Positions 50,068-59,358 of a stretch of DNA of 64,000 nucleotides are shown here, in pieces. Each line of letters begins with the position of its first letter. The first letter of the stretch is position 1. Origin of the DNA: an uncultured Desulfospira sp. (GTDB taxonomy: Bacteria > Desulfobacterota > Desulfobacteria > Desulfobacterales > Desulfobacteraceae); NCBI GenBank assembly GCA_963663165.1, contig OY760175.1:3712001-3776000 (forward strand), read 5' to 3'. The translations under genes were made by a program, and so were the position numbers. A model generated the notes under the pieces. The model worked only from the letters and a program-made list of their open reading frames with translations, was not told the DNA's origin and did not search any database.

Positions 50068-50922
50068 ATGGAAACCATAGTTACAAACGGTGATCATAAA
50101 GTAACCATCTCCCATGACGGCCCCACCATTATGATCGGTGAAAGAATCAATCCGACCGGCAAGAAAAAAATGGCTGAAGCTCTGAGAAAAGGCGATCTTC
50201 AAATTGTCAGAGAGCAGGCTGTTTCCCAGGTTGCTGCCGGCGCCCAGATATTGGACATCAACGTTGTCACCGAAGGGGTTGATGAAATCGAACTGCTTCC
50301 CAGGGTTATTGAAGCGGTTCTTGAAGTGGTTCAGGTCCCCCTGTGCATTGATATCAACAATCCCAAAGCTCTGAAAAAGGCGCTTGAGGTTTATCCCGGC
50401 AAAGCGCTGGTTAACTCGGTATCGGCTGAAAAAAAATCCCTGGCCGAGGTGCTGCCCCTAATCAAAAAATACAATGCCGCTGTTATCGGCCTTGCCCTTG
50501 ATGATGGCGGCATACCAAAAACAGCACAAAAACGCCTTGAAATTGCAAAACTGATTGTGGAACAGGGCGAGGCTGCCGGCATTGGGAAAGAAGATATAGT
50601 GATTGATTCCCTGTGTCTGGCATTGGGCAGTGATGACCAGGCCGCAACCGTAACACTTGATGCTGTGCGAATGATCAAAGAAGAACTGGGGGTCAATCAG
50701 ACCCTTGGCGCCAGCAATGTCTCCTTTGGCCTGCCGGCCAGAATGGAAGTCAACAAGGCGTTCCTGCCCCTTGCCATTGCCAACGGAGTGACCTGCCCGA
50801 CGGTCAACCCCAACCATGTCGGGGCCACCATTATGGCAACGGACCTTGTTTTAGGGCGGGACCGCTTCTCCATGCGGTATATCAAAAATTATCGGCAGAA
50901 AAGCGGCCCGTCTGACGTTTAA
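50068..50922 (+). CDS. Methyltetrahydrofolate:corrinoid methyltransferase (pterin-binding, AcsE/MT2-like)
   Basis: 'IGERINPTGKK', 'AGAQILDIN', 'VPLCID', 'GASNVSFGLP'. Confidence 0.9.
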   Translation: METIVTNGDHKVTISHDGPTIMIGERINPTGKKKMAEALRKGDLQIVREQAVSQVAAGAQILDINVVTEGVDEIELLPRVIEAVLEVVQVPLCIDINNPKALKKALEVYPGKALVNSVSAEKKSLAEVLPLIKKYNAAVIGLALDDGGIPKTAQKRLEIAKLIVEQGEAAGIGKEDIVIDSLCLALGSDDQAATVTLDAVRMIKEELGVNQTLGASNVSFGLPARMEVNKAFLPLAIANGVTCPTVNPNHVGATIMATDLVLGRDRFSMRYIKNYRQKSGPSDV

Positions 50923-50924
50923 AA

Positions 50925-52181
50925 TCAATTGTAAACCCCATATTCTTTTGTCGTTGTCTCCATAATCTTCACATTCTCCGGTTTGGCTTCATCCGGGATA
51001 CCTACGGCACCGTCCATGATAAAGCCGCCATCTTTTCCAACGACATCAATCAATTTTTTGCAATATTCCTCAACCATTTCCGGAGTCTCCATAATCAGCA
51101 TTGATGCAGGCACATTTCCTCGGATACACACCCGGTCTCTTAAAACTTCTTTGGCTTTAAAAAGGTCTGTTCCTTCAAAATGGTAGATGGCCTTTCCGGC
51201 AGGTATGTCCTTTATTATCTCCAGGCGTGAATCACATTTCCCTTCCCAAATCGGACAAGGAACCAAATCATGATTGATGAATTCCATCATAAGCTCACGA
51301 AGCGTCGGCCAATAAAAGGTTTTGAATTGATCTGGAGACATGAATCCGTCCAGACCTTTGTGCAGGGGCATAAAGATGTAGGGAATACCGGAATTCTTGG
51401 CATCAGCAATAGCGGACCGGGCTAAAACAGGCAGGGCCTTCTCCAAAGCCATAAGAAGTTTTTCCGGATGTCTGTACATATCCAGCATAATGCCTCTGGT
51501 GCCACGAAAATTATCCCCAAAATAATCAAAGGGCGCATAGGCAGTGGCCCCAAACATATGCGGAAAGCCAAATTCATCCATCTCTTTTCCAAACGCGCCG
51601 GCTTTCGCCGCCCATCGTTGCCCTTCGGCGCCGGCCTCAAGCAAGGCTTGAAGCGCCGAAGTTATTTCCGGCAGACCTAGCATAGCGGCAGATTTCGGGA
51701 CTCTCAGGTAATACTGGCCCGGTAGATACGGCAACTTTTTCAGGCCATCAAGGGTTCCACAAATGCGGGGAAGATAAAACCGGAGCATGAAATCTGTCGG
51801 ATCGAACAGATAGACATCGTATTCATCAGCTGTCATGTATTCTTTTTCCACCACCTGGAAAGAATGATCAACCGGAACACCGTAACCCGGCCTTTTCACC
51901 TGATTAAAGTCAAGAATTCCCATGAGGGGGCCCAGGCCAAAAAGCCCGTAAGGATTCAGATACTGATCCGGTTCATATTCCAAGATCGCTTTCTTTGTAG
52001 CATCTCTCAAGTTGTCATAATCATGCATGTAGTCCTTGCATGTCATTCCAGCATATTTCGCGGGGAAAAAGCTGAACATAGGAACAAAGGGGACACGATC
52101 CGGCTTTTTCAATTTGGCAGCGTCATCAATCCTTTTCATCCGTTCTTTTTTCAATAATTCAATTTTATTCTTCTCCATCAT
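50925..52181 (-). CDS. UroD-family protein (putative substrate:corrinoid methyltransferase)
   Basis: 'PDRVP', 'RGTRGIMLDMYRHPEK', 'PLHKGLDGFMS', 'FYWPTL', 'GGFIMD'. Confidence 0.8.
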   Translation of the reverse strand: MMEKNKIELLKKERMKRIDDAAKLKKPDRVPFVPMFSFFPAKYAGMTCKDYMHDYDNLRDATKKAILEYEPDQYLNPYGLFGLGPLMGILDFNQVKRPGYGVPVDHSFQVVEKEYMTADEYDVYLFDPTDFMLRFYLPRICGTLDGLKKLPYLPGQYYLRVPKSAAMLGLPEITSALQALLEAGAEGQRWAAKAGAFGKEMDEFGFPHMFGATAYAPFDYFGDNFRGTRGIMLDMYRHPEKLLMALEKALPVLARSAIADAKNSGIPYIFMPLHKGLDGFMSPDQFKTFYWPTLRELMMEFINHDLVPCPIWEGKCDSRLEIIKDIPAGKAIYHFEGTDLFKAKEVLRDRVCIRGNVPASMLIMETPEMVEEYCKKLIDVVGKDGGFIMDGAVGIPDEAKPENVKIMETTTKEYGVYN

Positions 52182-52211
52182 CTTTGAACCTCCACCTTTT
52201 GAGGACAGGCA

Positions 52212-53480
52212 TTAGCAAACGCCATAATCGAATACCGCTTTTGTCATTGCTTCAACATTTTCTATTTTCGAATCAGGTGGGACACCGTCTACTGCCCCGT
52301 CCACAATGAGCCCCCCCGTGTCTTTGAAAGTATCTATAAGATTCTTTACATAATCTTCAACTTCCGATGGGTTGCCTGTAACAAGCAAGTGAGATGGAAC
52401 ATTCCCCCAAAAGCACATCATATCTCCCAATATATCCTTGAACTTTTTAAGATCAATGGCATCAAAATGGCCGGCAATTTTTCCGGGCGGAAGTGTTGCC
52501 AGATATTTTAACCGGCTGGTATAATTACCTTCGAAGAATGGAACCGGTGTTAAATCCGCATCAATGAGCTGCAAAAGAAGATATTCCAGGGAAGGCCAAT
52601 AAAATTTTTTAAACTGTTCATCGGACATGAATCCATCGGCCCCCTTATGAAGCGGAATAAAAACCATTTTGCTGTCACTGAGTTTTGCAGATACGATGGA
52701 CGCCTCGGTCCTTTCAGGGGTAAACACGTCAATCATCTTGATCAGCTTATCCGGCTGACGGTACATATCAAGGATGGTGCCTTTTAATCCCCTTAAATCA
52801 TCCGCAATCCAGTCAAACGTTGTTTTGGCTACAGCAAACCCCATACTTGGAAACCCCATTTGCCTAAGATCATCTCTAATGCTGGTATGTGCGTTATGGC
52901 ATTGTTGCATTTCACTGCCAAAATCTAAAATTGTCTCAAGTAAATTTTTCATCTCCGGTGAATTTATGAAATTCCCAAGCCCAAACATCAGTGATGACCC
53001 GCTTGAGAACAGATAAAGCGGCGGCAATTTTTGAAGGGGCACCAAACTCGCTGCAATCCGCGGCCATAATTTACGGATTATAAATCCATCCGGATTTTTT
53101 AAAATTTCATCGTATTCATCTGCCTGCAGGTACTCCTTTTCCATATACTGATAACAGTTGTCATCATCAAGGTGTCGGCCCGGCCATTTATAAGTTTGAA
53201 TGCCTATCAGATCCATGGCAGGAGCCGGCAGAATCGAGAGGGTCTGGGGGGCCATATCCCAGTTTAATTTCGCCAGGCCGGTTTTCCATGCCTTGGCCAG
53301 TTTTGCGTAGTCATACATGGCTTCCCTGTTGGAAATCCCCCCGTATCTGGTTAAAAAAAAGCCGGCCAGGCTGACAATTGGAACTCTATCGGGCTTTTTC
53401 AGTTGTATGGCGTCATTTATCCTTTTTAACCTTGAATTATAAATTTCATCTTTTTCCAGATTTGAGAATTCTTCACCCAT
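52212..53480 (-). CDS. UroD-family protein, paralog of 50925-52181
   Basis: 'PDRVP', 'RGLKGTILDMYRQPDK', 'PLHKGADGFMS', 'FYWPSL'. Confidence 0.8.
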   Translation of the reverse strand: MGEEFSNLEKDEIYNSRLKRINDAIQLKKPDRVPIVSLAGFFLTRYGGISNREAMYDYAKLAKAWKTGLAKLNWDMAPQTLSILPAPAMDLIGIQTYKWPGRHLDDDNCYQYMEKEYLQADEYDEILKNPDGFIIRKLWPRIAASLVPLQKLPPLYLFSSGSSLMFGLGNFINSPEMKNLLETILDFGSEMQQCHNAHTSIRDDLRQMGFPSMGFAVAKTTFDWIADDLRGLKGTILDMYRQPDKLIKMIDVFTPERTEASIVSAKLSDSKMVFIPLHKGADGFMSDEQFKKFYWPSLEYLLLQLIDADLTPVPFFEGNYTSRLKYLATLPPGKIAGHFDAIDLKKFKDILGDMMCFWGNVPSHLLVTGNPSEVEDYVKNLIDTFKDTGGLIVDGAVDGVPPDSKIENVEAMTKAVFDYGVC

Positions 53481-53537
53481 CTTGTTTCTCCGTATTCGCA
53501 TTGCAATGTGTTTGGATCCTGACCCAGATATTTCGGG

Positions 53538-54041
53538 CTAAACAATTTTTTTTACCATGTTCGCGCCCCAGAGAATGAGATCTACTATCAATACAATGAT
53601 TAAAACAACAAAACCAAACAATTCAAGGCACATGAATATGTACTTGGGGAGATATAGAACCGCGCTGAAATTTTGAATACTGTACTCGTAATAGGCCTGA
53701 ACACCGGCTGCGGATACCATAAATACAGTTAAGGTTAACATGCATAAATAATTTAAAAAATCAAAAACCGGCTGAATTTTTTCAGGAAACAGATCATACA
53801 GCAAAGACATTGAAACATTTTTTTTCTGGGCCTGCACATTGGCAAGAGATAAAAAAACCAGGGGGACCATTGAAAGTTGAACGATTTCGTATGAGCCCAA
53901 TAAACCGGTTCCCATTGCGCGCAAACAGACCTCGGCCACAAGAACCAGCATCATCACCACTAAAAATAATGACCCCAGCGTGCTGAAAAGGTATGAAAGT
54001 CCACCGACGCCTTTTTCCAGCTTTAAGAAAAAATTATCCAT
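53538..54041 (-). CDS. dctQ: TRAP transporter small permease
   Basis: 167 aa, four TM segments, 'GSYEIVQ'. Confidence 0.82.
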   Translation of the reverse strand: MDNFFLKLEKGVGGLSYLFSTLGSLFLVVMMLVLVAEVCLRAMGTGLLGSYEIVQLSMVPLVFLSLANVQAQKKNVSMSLLYDLFPEKIQPVFDFLNYLCMLTLTVFMVSAAGVQAYYEYSIQNFSAVLYLPKYIFMCLELFGFVVLIIVLIVDLILWGANMVKKIV

Positions 54042-54231
54042 ACACCATCTCCAATGAATTGACTGCCTTTACTGTACCTATGGCTTAAAATAAACGCTTT
54101 CATAACAGATGCTTATATATTTTTCAGCACGTTTGGCAATTTTATAAACCACCAGGCTTTAAAGTCGCCTGCCCTTTTCGTATTTAATAAAGAGCAGGCG
54201 CGACTGCTTATCAGACAGGTTGCTGGCTCTA

Positions 54232-55260
54232 TCAGTTTTTATACTTTTCCAGATTTTTCATAAACGCTTCTGTGGTTTCCCTTGCAGGCCGTTTTCTTTT
54301 TTCCTCCAGCTTATACCATTGTTCCCAGGCCGCATGGGCTTTTTCCGTCCACTTTTCGGCCTCTTCCAGCGGAATTGTATAGGTGGTATCGCTGAATTCA
54401 GACTTGGCTCTTTTAACACAACTAGAGACAACATCGTCGTACCATTCATCCAGCCTGGCACCGAATTTGGTACCGCACTCATCCATAACTTTTTTCAAGT
54501 CATCTGAGAGGCCGTTGTATTTGGATTTATTCATCACAATGTACAATGCCGGCGAGTATAAATTAACGATGGTGTAGTTCTTTGTCACATCCCAAAGATT
54601 GTAATCATTTACCGCAGTAAATGAAAATACATAACCGTCAATCACATGTTTGTCCATGCTCTCCCATGTTTCTGTAATCGGAATATTCATTGGTTGAGCG
54701 CCTGCATTTTTCATAAATTCCGTCTGGGCTCCGGGTGAGACTCGAATTCTCATGCCTTTGAGATCCTCAAATGTTTTTACCAGTTTGTTGGTGGTACCGA
54801 TGACAGCCCCACCGCCAATGGCTTGAAGCGCAAAGACCTTAACATCTTTCCATTCCTTCTGGTATGCTTCATTTGTTCTCCAAAGCTCCATGAGCGCTTT
54901 ACTTCCAACCGGTGCATTGGGAATATCCATCATCGGCAGTGTTGTCATGGCGGTTAACGGGTGGATTCCGGGAGTCATGGTTGCTGTGGTATAGGCAAGA
55001 TCGGCCACCCCGTTAACGACTGAAGAAAAGGCCTGTGGCGGCGGGCATAAGGTGGGGCCGCCAAAAACAGTAATTTTAAGTCTTCCGTTTGATTTTGCTG
55101 CAACATCATCTGCAAAATCCTGAACCATTTGAGCGGCCACGCTGCCCGGCGCATTCGGGATGGTCATTCGAAGCTCCTGGGTCTTGGCGACAAGCGATAC
55201 CGGAAGGCAGACAAGAACAATTAGAGCGACAAAAGGAATAATCATAGTTTTTTTGTGCAT
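54232..55260 (-). CDS. dctP: TRAP transporter substrate-binding protein
   Basis: Signal peptide, 'SNGRLKIT', 'EDLKGMRIRV', 'HVIDG'. Confidence 0.88.
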   Translation of the reverse strand: MHKKTMIIPFVALIVLVCLPVSLVAKTQELRMTIPNAPGSVAAQMVQDFADDVAAKSNGRLKITVFGGPTLCPPPQAFSSVVNGVADLAYTTATMTPGIHPLTAMTTLPMMDIPNAPVGSKALMELWRTNEAYQKEWKDVKVFALQAIGGGAVIGTTNKLVKTFEDLKGMRIRVSPGAQTEFMKNAGAQPMNIPITETWESMDKHVIDGYVFSFTAVNDYNLWDVTKNYTIVNLYSPALYIVMNKSKYNGLSDDLKKVMDECGTKFGARLDEWYDDVVSSCVKRAKSEFSDTTYTIPLEEAEKWTEKAHAAWEQWYKLEEKRKRPARETTEAFMKNLEKYKN

Positions 55261-55359
55261 GGTTTTCTCCTTTGGTTTGTTTGGCTTACATCCACATCTA
55301 AATCAGCTGATATGAAAGGTTGTTATATTAATCAACTATCCACATTCAGCCATTACCAT

Positions 55360-56664
55360 TTATCCTTGCATACTATTGGGTAAAAACATTACAATCTCGG
55401 GAAATAAAAAAATAACAAACGAAAAAATAAGAATGCATATAATATAAGGAATCACTGCCAGCATTAACCCTTTTAACTCAATCTCATCAGAAATTCCTTT
55501 GACGGCAAAGAGCACCATACCGACAGGGGGTGTAATTAATGCTGTTTCTATGAACACGACGATCATAACGCCAAACCAGATCGGATCAAATCCCAGTTTC
55601 CTGACAATAGGGAAAATGATGGGAACGGTCAGAGTAAGAATAGACATTGAGTCCATTACACACCCTAAAACAAAATAGGCCATCACGATACAGACGAAAA
55701 CCGCCGTAGGGGGGAATCCCAGGTTGCCTATCCAATTGGACAGACTAGCAGGCAACCCGGATATGGCCAGAAAATAGTTCATGATCATGGCACCGATCAA
55801 AATAATAAACGCCATGGCGCTTGTTAAGCATGCATCTTTAATAGCCGTCATGAATTTTTTAGCTGACATATTGCGCGATACTATCCCATAGACAAGAACG
55901 ATAAACGCCCCGACTCCCGCGGCCTCAGAAGCGGTAAAAACACCTTTATAAATTCCGCCGATGATCACAACAAACACGCATAAAATAGGCAGGATATCAA
56001 AAAATGCACCCACGCGCTCTTTCAGACCATGACGTTTGCCTTTAGGGGCTGCCCCAGGACGAATGGTAACGATAATCAAGGCTGTCGCCATATACATTGC
56101 CAAAAGCAACACCCCCGGTATAAACAATGCCAACAGGACCTTTCCAACCGACTGTTCCGTAAGAATGGCATAAATTACAGCGATAACACTGGGGGGAATC
56201 AGAATCCCCAGACTCCCTCCCGCAACTACGGTTGCAGCAGAAAAATTCGGGTCATAATTGTATCTTTTCATATCTGGGATCGCCACTTTGCCCATGGCTG
56301 CGGAAGTTGCAAGGCTGGATCCGCTGATGGCTGCAAAAATACCGCAGGCCAACAGGGTGGCCATTGCCAGGCCGGCTTTAAAATGCCCCACCAGCTTATA
56401 GGCGGATGAGTACAGTTTTTTGGTCATTCCCCCCTGAAACGCGAACTCTCCCAAAAGGATAAATAAAGGAACGACACTGAAACTGTATGATGCAATACTG
56501 GCATACGGTGTCGTCTTGAGAACGCCAAACGCGCCTCCAAACCCGGTGATGGCCCAGGTTCCGCCGAATCCGACCAGAATCATGGCGTATCCCACCGGCA
56601 GGCGCATAAATAAAAGTATGAACAAAATTGCGATACCCGTTAATCCGATCATTTGGCTATACAC
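55360..56664 (-). CDS. dctM: TRAP transporter large permease
   Basis: 'VPLFILLG', 'SGSSLAT', 'LGILIPPS', 'LITPPVG'. Confidence 0.92.
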   Translation of the reverse strand: MYSQMIGLTGIAILFILLFMRLPVGYAMILVGFGGTWAITGFGGAFGVLKTTPYASIASYSFSVVPLFILLGEFAFQGGMTKKLYSSAYKLVGHFKAGLAMATLLACGIFAAISGSSLATSAAMGKVAIPDMKRYNYDPNFSAATVVAGGSLGILIPPSVIAVIYAILTEQSVGKVLLALFIPGVLLLAMYMATALIIVTIRPGAAPKGKRHGLKERVGAFFDILPILCVFVVIIGGIYKGVFTASEAAGVGAFIVLVYGIVSRNMSAKKFMTAIKDACLTSAMAFIILIGAMIMNYFLAISGLPASLSNWIGNLGFPPTAVFVCIVMAYFVLGCVMDSMSILTLTVPIIFPIVRKLGFDPIWFGVMIVVFIETALITPPVGMVLFAVKGISDEIELKGLMLAVIPYIICILIFSFVIFLFPEIVMFLPNSMQG

Positions 56665-56739
56665 GTCTTATTGCCTCATCTCTTCTTTGTTCGCCGGTAT
56701 GTTCCGGAAAACGGATTTATTGATAGAATGTCACGGATG

Positions 56740-56771
56740 ATATATAAAGTTATCTATATAACTTTGTCAAG
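56740..56771 (-). promoter_or_regulatory. Promoter/operator copy 2
   Basis: Minus strand cttgacaaagttatatagataactttatatat. Confidence 0.8.
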
Positions 56772-56892
56772 CGTTTTTTTAAACACAAACAAACCGCTTG
56801 ATTTTTAAGGATTATTTAACAATATACAAGATAAATTATTGAGCAAAAATCAATCTTGACGGTTTTGGCCAAACCATTTATATAGATAGATT

Positions 56893-57660
56893 ATGACACC
56901 GCTTAAAAGCCAACACCTTCAAAATACAGAAATAGTGATTGACCGGCAGTCTCATGAGCCGGCCTATATCCAGATCTGTAACTTGTTAAAAGAGCAAATT
57001 GCCAAGGGGGTTTACCTGCCGGGCAGCAAGTTGCCCTCAGAGTCCGCACTGCGCCGCCTTCACAAGGTCAGCCCCATGACGGTGAGGCGTTCTATAAAAA
57101 TGCTGATCGACCAAGGGGTTGTGACAACTGTCCAGGGAAGCGGCACCTTTGTCAAAGCACCGGATTTTGATCATGTCACGTTCTCCTTGAAAGAATTTTC
57201 CTATATTTTCAAAGACAGCAACCGGGCAAAGGTGAAACTGCTGGAGGTGAAGACCCGGAAAAGTGACCCGGAAACTGCCCGGTGGCTCCAGATAGAAGAA
57301 GGGACACGGGTGATTCTGCTTCGAAGGGTCCTGCTCAAGGACGGTGATCCGGTTATTTATCAGGAAGAAAACCTGGTGTATGACCCTACCCGGCCCATTA
57401 TTGAGACGGAAATGGAAGTAAACAGCCTGTACGGACTTTTTGAAGGCAATGGACAGTCATTTATGAAACGGAGCGATTTGACCATCGAAGCCATGGTCCT
57501 GAACCAGGAAGAGTCAAAAATCTTAAATACCATACCGCTCCAGCCGGCCTTCAGAATCGAACATCTGTTTTATGATTTTGAAGATAAGCCCTTGAGTTGG
57601 GGGCAGTTTATTTGCAGGGGGGATCAGCTTCGGTTTAAGACAACCGTCGGGCTGGTGTAA
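56893..57660 (+). CDS. GntR/HutC-family regulator with UTRA domain
   Basis: 'PAYIQI...LPSESAL...VSPMTVRR...QGSGTFV' plus UTRA-sized C-terminus. Confidence 0.9.
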   Translation: MTPLKSQHLQNTEIVIDRQSHEPAYIQICNLLKEQIAKGVYLPGSKLPSESALRRLHKVSPMTVRRSIKMLIDQGVVTTVQGSGTFVKAPDFDHVTFSLKEFSYIFKDSNRAKVKLLEVKTRKSDPETARWLQIEEGTRVILLRRVLLKDGDPVIYQEENLVYDPTRPIIETEMEVNSLYGLFEGNGQSFMKRSDLTIEAMVLNQEESKILNTIPLQPAFRIEHLFYDFEDKPLSWGQFICRGDQLRFKTTVGLV

Positions 57661-57688
57661 CTATAACTGAATAGTTTTACGGGAAAAA

Positions 57689-58348
57689 ATGCCGAACAAA
57701 GAAATGGACAATCTGGTAAAACTGGGCACCCTGATCAGCGATTTAAATGAAAAGCGTGCGCTTGAACTGACGCAGCAGTTAATCTATGACGGTTCGGATC
57801 CTGTTAAAATCATTGAATATGCGCACAAAGGGATGGCGGAGGTCGGCCAGAAATATGAAAAAGAGATCTATTTTATTTCGGGCCTGGTGATGGCCGGAGA
57901 AATCATGCAGCAGATCGGGCAGATGGTCCTGCCGCTGACCGTGGGAAAGCCGTTTGGAAAAACCGTTGGAAAACTTCTGGTCGGGACAGTGGAAGGTGAT
58001 ATCCATTATATTGGAAAAGATATTTTCAAAGCCATGCTCAGCGGTCACGGATTTACTGTCATGGACCTGGGGGTGGATGTCACCAAAGAAAAATTTTTAT
58101 CCGGTGTGCAGGAGTTTAAACCGGATATCATTGGGTTTTCCTGTCTGATCACCGCCTGTATCACCACCCTGGCGGAAACCATCACCTATCTGCGGTCCAA
58201 TATTCCCAAAGAAATCGCCCCCAAAGCATATCTTGCCGGGGGGTGGATGATGGGAAGCCGGGAGTGCCGAACCATTGGTGCCGATCTGTGTACCATGGAC
58301 AGCATGGAGGGGGTCCGGTTATGCCAGAAGACCATGGGGCTTGTTTAA
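57689..58348 (+). CDS. Second corrinoid-binding protein
   Basis: 'YFISGLVMAGEI', 'GTVEGDIHYIGK', 'DLGVDV'. Confidence 0.88.
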   Translation: MPNKEMDNLVKLGTLISDLNEKRALELTQQLIYDGSDPVKIIEYAHKGMAEVGQKYEKEIYFISGLVMAGEIMQQIGQMVLPLTVGKPFGKTVGKLLVGTVEGDIHYIGKDIFKAMLSGHGFTVMDLGVDVTKEKFLSGVQEFKPDIIGFSCLITACITTLAETITYLRSNIPKEIAPKAYLAGGWMMGSRECRTIGADLCTMDSMEGVRLCQKTMGLV

Positions 58349-58435
58349 ACGGACATTTCATATAGGTACCCCATAACCACAGCCGGTTAGCGGGTGATAT
58401 TATGGTAATTTGAACCGGAAATTTTCTCTTTGGCC

Positions 58436-58720
58436 TTAGTTTTTTTGAAGAATAACTATAAATTCTTGCCTTAAGCGGGAGGCTATTTTCATTCGATGCT
58501 CACTTTTCCAGCCGTTTTTTTCCAGTGATTGAATAAAATTCTTCTTAATGGGCACGACCCCGTTGGCTTTCCTGGATGGGTGAAGGACAAATTTATCGTT
58601 GCTTTCCGGCCATGTGATAGAATGGATGGCCCCATAAATTTCAGTCAGAATAAGTTCAAATTCTTTTGACTGTGCAAACGTTCCCCGCCTTATCAGGTAT
58701 TCATTCTTTAAAATTTTCAT
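58436..58720 (-). pseudogene. Truncated BamHI-family type II restriction endonuclease
   Basis: 'SITWP...ANGVVPIKK...GWKSE' matches the BamHI N-terminal half as recalled. The ORF stops at 94 aa, before the catalytic D...E-x-E region. Confidence 0.75.
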
Positions 58721-58940
58721 TCAGCAGCCCCTCAACTTCATTCACCATTATGGATGCTTTTGTGTTTAGTACTTTGGAAAGAAGCAGGATGGTTTTCAAT
58801 GAGGGTTGTCTTAATCCTCTTTCTAAAAGCGAAATATAACTCCGATCTAAACCGCACTCCTGGGATAGTTTTTCCTGTGATAATTTATTTGAAGTTCTGA
58901 ATTTTCGGAGGACCTGACCAAATATTATTTCAGCATTCAA
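58701..58940 (-). CDS. R-M controller (C) protein, XRE HTH
   Basis: 'FGQVLRKFR...LSQEKLSQECGLDRSYISLLERGLRQPSL'; overlaps the REase start. Confidence 0.88.
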   Translation of the reverse strand: MNAEIIFGQVLRKFRTSNKLSQEKLSQECGLDRSYISLLERGLRQPSLKTILLLSKVLNTKASIMVNEVEGLLNENFKE

Positions 58941-58995
58941 ATTTCACCTCTCCTTTATAGCCGGATCCAGCTTACAGAGTTTTGGCCACCGCCTC

Positions 58996-59009
58996 TACAG
59001 ACTATAGTC
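58996..59009 (-). promoter_or_regulatory. C-box operator
   Basis: Minus strand GACTATAGTC-TGTA, resembling the PvuII/BamHI-type C box plus TGTA spacer; second half-site degenerate. Confidence 0.65.
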
Positions 59010-59096
59010 CGCAATATATTGATTGATAAGTCGCCCGTTATGTGTTACTGACTGTAAAAAACAAGTGAAAATGATTCAAAGGATAAAAAAACAAGG

Positions 59097-59192
59097 ATGC
59101 TTTTTGCTGCACTCAAAATAGAAACCACCCTATCGCTGAGCAGGCTCTCAAAGGCAACGGGAATTCCTGCCAAGCGCTTAAAATATTTATAA
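59097..59192 (+). pseudogene. Detached 5' fragment (HTH) of the methyltransferase gene
   Basis: MLFAALKIETTLSLSRLSKATGIPAKRLKY joins in frame to YNETNKLPSG... once 91 bp are removed. Confidence 0.7.
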
Positions 59193-59277
59193 GAAAGTCT
59201 CAGTAACGTCCTGAGAAGACTTTCAATATTTGTTGTGGGCGGCTCTTGGTTGGATAACCAAAGCGGCCCGTGGCCGT
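59187..59277 (+). mobile_element. 91-bp insertion (hairpin plus repeat family B) inside the MTase gene
   Basis: Related copies at 34712-34759 and 30723-30772; TTATAA at both ends; introduces a stop and a frameshift. Confidence 0.75.
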
Positions 59278-59358
59278 TATAACGAAACCAACAAACTGCC
59301 ATCCGGATCTGATTTAGACCGGATCTTATCTGAGACCGGGCTTGAAAAAATTGAGTTA

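Noticed and set aside
58350..59290. Integron attC sites around the R-M genes (GTTAG/GTTAT motifs)
   Set aside because: No paired R''/L''-L'/R' boxes, no intI, and the genes are not co-oriented cassettes
59230..59358. ORF-track N-terminus of the MTase (MLWAALGW...)
   Set aside because: The TTG lies inside the inserted repeat and has no SD
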